A program made the position numbers and the translations under genes. Below are positions 61,335 to 64,000 of a stretch of 64,000 nt of DNA, piece after piece. The DNA lies in assembly GCA_964187785.1 (NCBI GenBank), contig OZ076409.1, positions 44,518,001 through 44,582,000 on the forward strand, read 5' to 3'. Source of the stretch: Amphiscolops sp. MND2022 (lineage: Eukaryota). Under the pieces are notes generated by a model. The model did no database searches. It had not been told where the DNA came from and saw nothing but the letters and a program-made list of their open reading frames with translations. How positions within the stretch are numbered: position 1 is the stretch's first letter; each line of letters starts with the position of its first letter.

Positions 61335-62172
61335 TGTTTCCAACAACAACAAATTTATTCTGAAAACAATAATGTTAAAACCACTGCAAAAAAAACAACA
61401 ATCATTTTGTGTTAAGGAGATTCAGCAGTGACCAGTAGAATGGATGAGAGCTGCTTGCTTGAAGAAGCGTGTTTTTAATTGATGGAAAAAAGTTTATAAA
61501 AATTATACGTTCTAATGCAAAAATTTTTGCAGTGTGGAAAAAGGGTAGAATTTGCTATGTTACGTTGATCATTGTGAATCTTGTATAGTTGTCGGGTGGT
61601 AAACAAGAGCTACTCTAACTGCTATTCTCAGTCAAAAAAGATGAAAACAAAAAAATTTTTTGAAAAAAAAATTCAGAACAAAATATTGAGTGAACCCTAG
61701 ACATGGCCACATCAAATTCGTCTAATTTTTCGTCCCGAATCTAAATTTTGCATCAAAACAGCGTTTCTCGTGAAATTGGGGTTTTTCAAAAATTTTGCCC
61801 TATGGGGGATTTTTCCCCTTTCGGAAAATAATTTTTCAAATGGTTATTTTTTGGTCTTTCCAATGATATATATGACAATGGGTGTTCGTGATAGTCATTG
61901 ACAAGTGAAATTTCGAGTTTTAAAATTGAAAAAAAATGACTGAAACTAAGTTTTTCCGTGAATCGAAACCATGCATTCATGTTTAAATTTTAATTCCAAC
62001 CAGAATATGACAAAGATACCTCATTTCAGAATTTTTCATTTTTCTCCATGATAAGGGGTTGTTGACGTTACAGTTATAAGTAGACATTGAATATGTACAA
62101 AACTAGATTCACATCCATAAAGTGAGTCTTGAAGAATATTAGTGTTAAATGAAGAAAACTACAACTTAGCTA

Positions 62173-62884
62173 TTAGTTGTTTTTGGGAGACGCCAATTGA
62201 AGAACATCGAGCAAAGTTCGTTCCAAAAACTGCCGAGTGTAGTGAAATTGGTCAGTCATGTCGACGCCCCTGGTACGCATCTTGTGCACGTTCAAAGATT
62301 TGCACTTTTCGAGCTGTTTCTGCAAAACTTTATCGACCCTTTTCTTGTTCGAATTGGGAAGAAGTTGATTACGTCTCGCCAGACCAATCACTAGTTTGAC
62401 ACCTTTAGTTCTGCAAACTCTGTTCCAGAGCATTAGTTTTTCCGTAAGGTCTTTAGGTGACAGTGTTGAAACACTATTGTTCCCTTAAACACATTGTTTC
62501 CCAATCAACAATCTTTTTTTAATCGCAAAAAAACTCACTTTTGTTGCTACGGGGCAACAGGGTTAGGGTTAGGGTTAGGGTTAGGGTTAGGGTTAGGTTT
62601 GAAAAAAAAACAAAAGAGTACAACTAACTTGGTGGCATTGTGAGCGAATTGTAGAGAATGTCGGGAAAGATAAAGACGAACTGACACTCTGGTCGAGAAA
62701 GGGCTCGAAACAACAAAGAGTCAAGTGTAGGTTTTGAAAAGTTTCGTTTAGAAGAGGAGGAGGAGGAGTATTCATGTCGACCGCCACTTTCGGCGAGAAT
62801 TTGGATATGTTTATAATGAGATGAATCCTTAATGATTCTAGAAAGATTTGAAGCACCAATAACAATCGCGTGCTTTTTTTCCAT
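62173..62884 (-). CDS. Two-exon SGNH/GDSL-hydrolase-like protein (exons 62884-62629 and 62483-62173)
   Basis: IVIGASNL (block I-like), ESGGR, DILYNSL, DQFH (DxxH); intron GTTAGT(62628)...TTTAAG(62484) joins in phase (PP-R-NNSV). Confidence 0.6.
62559..62599 (+). repeat. Interstitial telomere-like (TTAGGG)n tract, ~6 units, next to a GTTGC-N6-GCAAC hairpin
   Basis: AGGGTTAGGGTTAGGG...GGTTAGGTTT read directly from the sequence. Confidence 0.9.
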
Positions 62885-64000
62885 AAAACCTGAAAACAGA
62901 TGATGTGTTATTTCATTGTCAGAGCAGAATAGTTTTGGTACTAGAACAAATCGTGCAAGTACAGACAAAAACAAAAAAACATGCAAATATTCATATTAGA
63001 ACTGATTTTTGATACAAAAATACTTATGAGAGTTGTTTATGCGTTTTTGGAGGGCCTGGAGGATACCCACATCAAGGGTACCTTTCCTCCAGGCCTCCAC
63101 ACATGCGCGCAGGAGCCCGCGCTCGTGCTTTCTGATCGCCCAGAAGGCGAACAGATCGAGCACGGGCTCCATCGCCGTCCCATCGATGTAGGATTGGATT
63201 CCCTGCAGCAAAAAGGTAGTGGTTATTTTAACGAGTGTTTAACCTGAAGTTTCGAAAACAAAACTTAACGTACCTCGTGACGACAAATCATCAGCAAAGC
63301 GTCCCATGTCTCCGTCGATATTTCAGTGAGGCAGGAACCTCTACATTTTTTGTTAATTAACCCCCAAGAATAATGATCCAAAAGGTCCAGTTCTTGGAGA
63401 TTTAACATTTTGTTTAGGAATTGGTCTCAAGAATTGTTGCTGGTAACTTTTTGTTGCTGGTTGTTCAGTATTGTTGCTGGTGTTTAAATTTCTGAGCAAG
63501 GAATGAATTTTCCGTGCTCGTCAGGCTCAACCCACTAAGCACCTCCTCCGATTTTTTTGAGTTTCACTTTTATCTGGGAAACATCAAAGATTTTAACCCA
63601 GGCACAATTTCCATAATTAATCATTTGGAAACTCGGATAAACAACCATATTCACTTTTTAGGGCCCATAAGACCTCGATCAAAGGCTCGGCTATCTTTTG
63701 AACCTGCTTTCAAAGTGTTGCAGGGTCCACCTTTATTCCTTTGAAATTCAGAACCCACCAAATTTGAGTTTCCAAGTGATGAATCAAAGAAAAGACCGAC
63801 ACTCTGTTAATTGGCATTGTTTTTTTTCAGTTATAATTAACAAAAAAATGTTGCCTTCACAATTCCAAAACAAATTAGAAGGCATTTTGATTGCTTTTTT
63901 TCCAAAAATTTAGCATTTTTTCCCGAAATTTTCATGCTTTTCTCAGACATTTTAGGTCATTTTGTCTCTTTACAGAATGTGAAAATTCGGTGTAAAAAGA

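Larger units (their letters stand above)
46170..64000. mobile_element. Polinton/Maverick (adintovirus-like endogenous virus); right end not seen in the window
   Basis: AGTAGTAG left terminus at 46170; pPolB, ATPase, rve integrase, MCP, adenain protease and minor capsid genes clustered at 48009-60693; extent beyond ~61400 is inferred. Confidence 0.93.

Noticed and set aside
62559..62599. True chromosome end
   Set aside because: Only ~6 units with ordinary sequence on both sides, so it is interstitial.
63400..64000. Additional minus-strand coding exons
   Set aside because: Fragments look coding-like but contain stops in every frame and cannot be assembled without transcript data.

Overview
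AT-rich eukaryotic DNA, probably from an invertebrate animal (GT-AG introns, TTAGGG repeat), made almost entirely of nested mobile elements. From left to right: (1) a Gypsy LTR element (family A) whose ~2.9-kb LTR holds a foldback MITE with a 9-bp target duplication; (2) two decayed, converging BEL/Pao retrotransposons; (3) a Crypton-type tyrosine recombinase pseudogene; (4) Helentron-associated (HINE/DINE-1-like) elements next to two exons of a probable host gene; (5) a ~13-kb Gypsy element (family B), with a solo LTR and a 3.8-kb tandem duplication, which carries between pol and the 3' LTR an antisense, intron-containing gene resembling an inactivated hAT transposase, plus extra sense ORFs; (6) a large inverted array of ~170-bp repeats; (7) from ~46170 to the window end, a Polinton/Maverick (adintovirus-like) element encoding pPolB, packaging ATPase, integrase, major and minor capsid proteins, adenain protease and accessory genes, several with apparent spliceosomal introns. 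The most notable candidates are the Gypsy-borne antisense transposase-derived cargo gene, gag ORFs that start inside the LTR and read through the PBS, and the apparently splicing-dependent Polinton. All family assignments come from motifs recognised by eye; no database searches were run.
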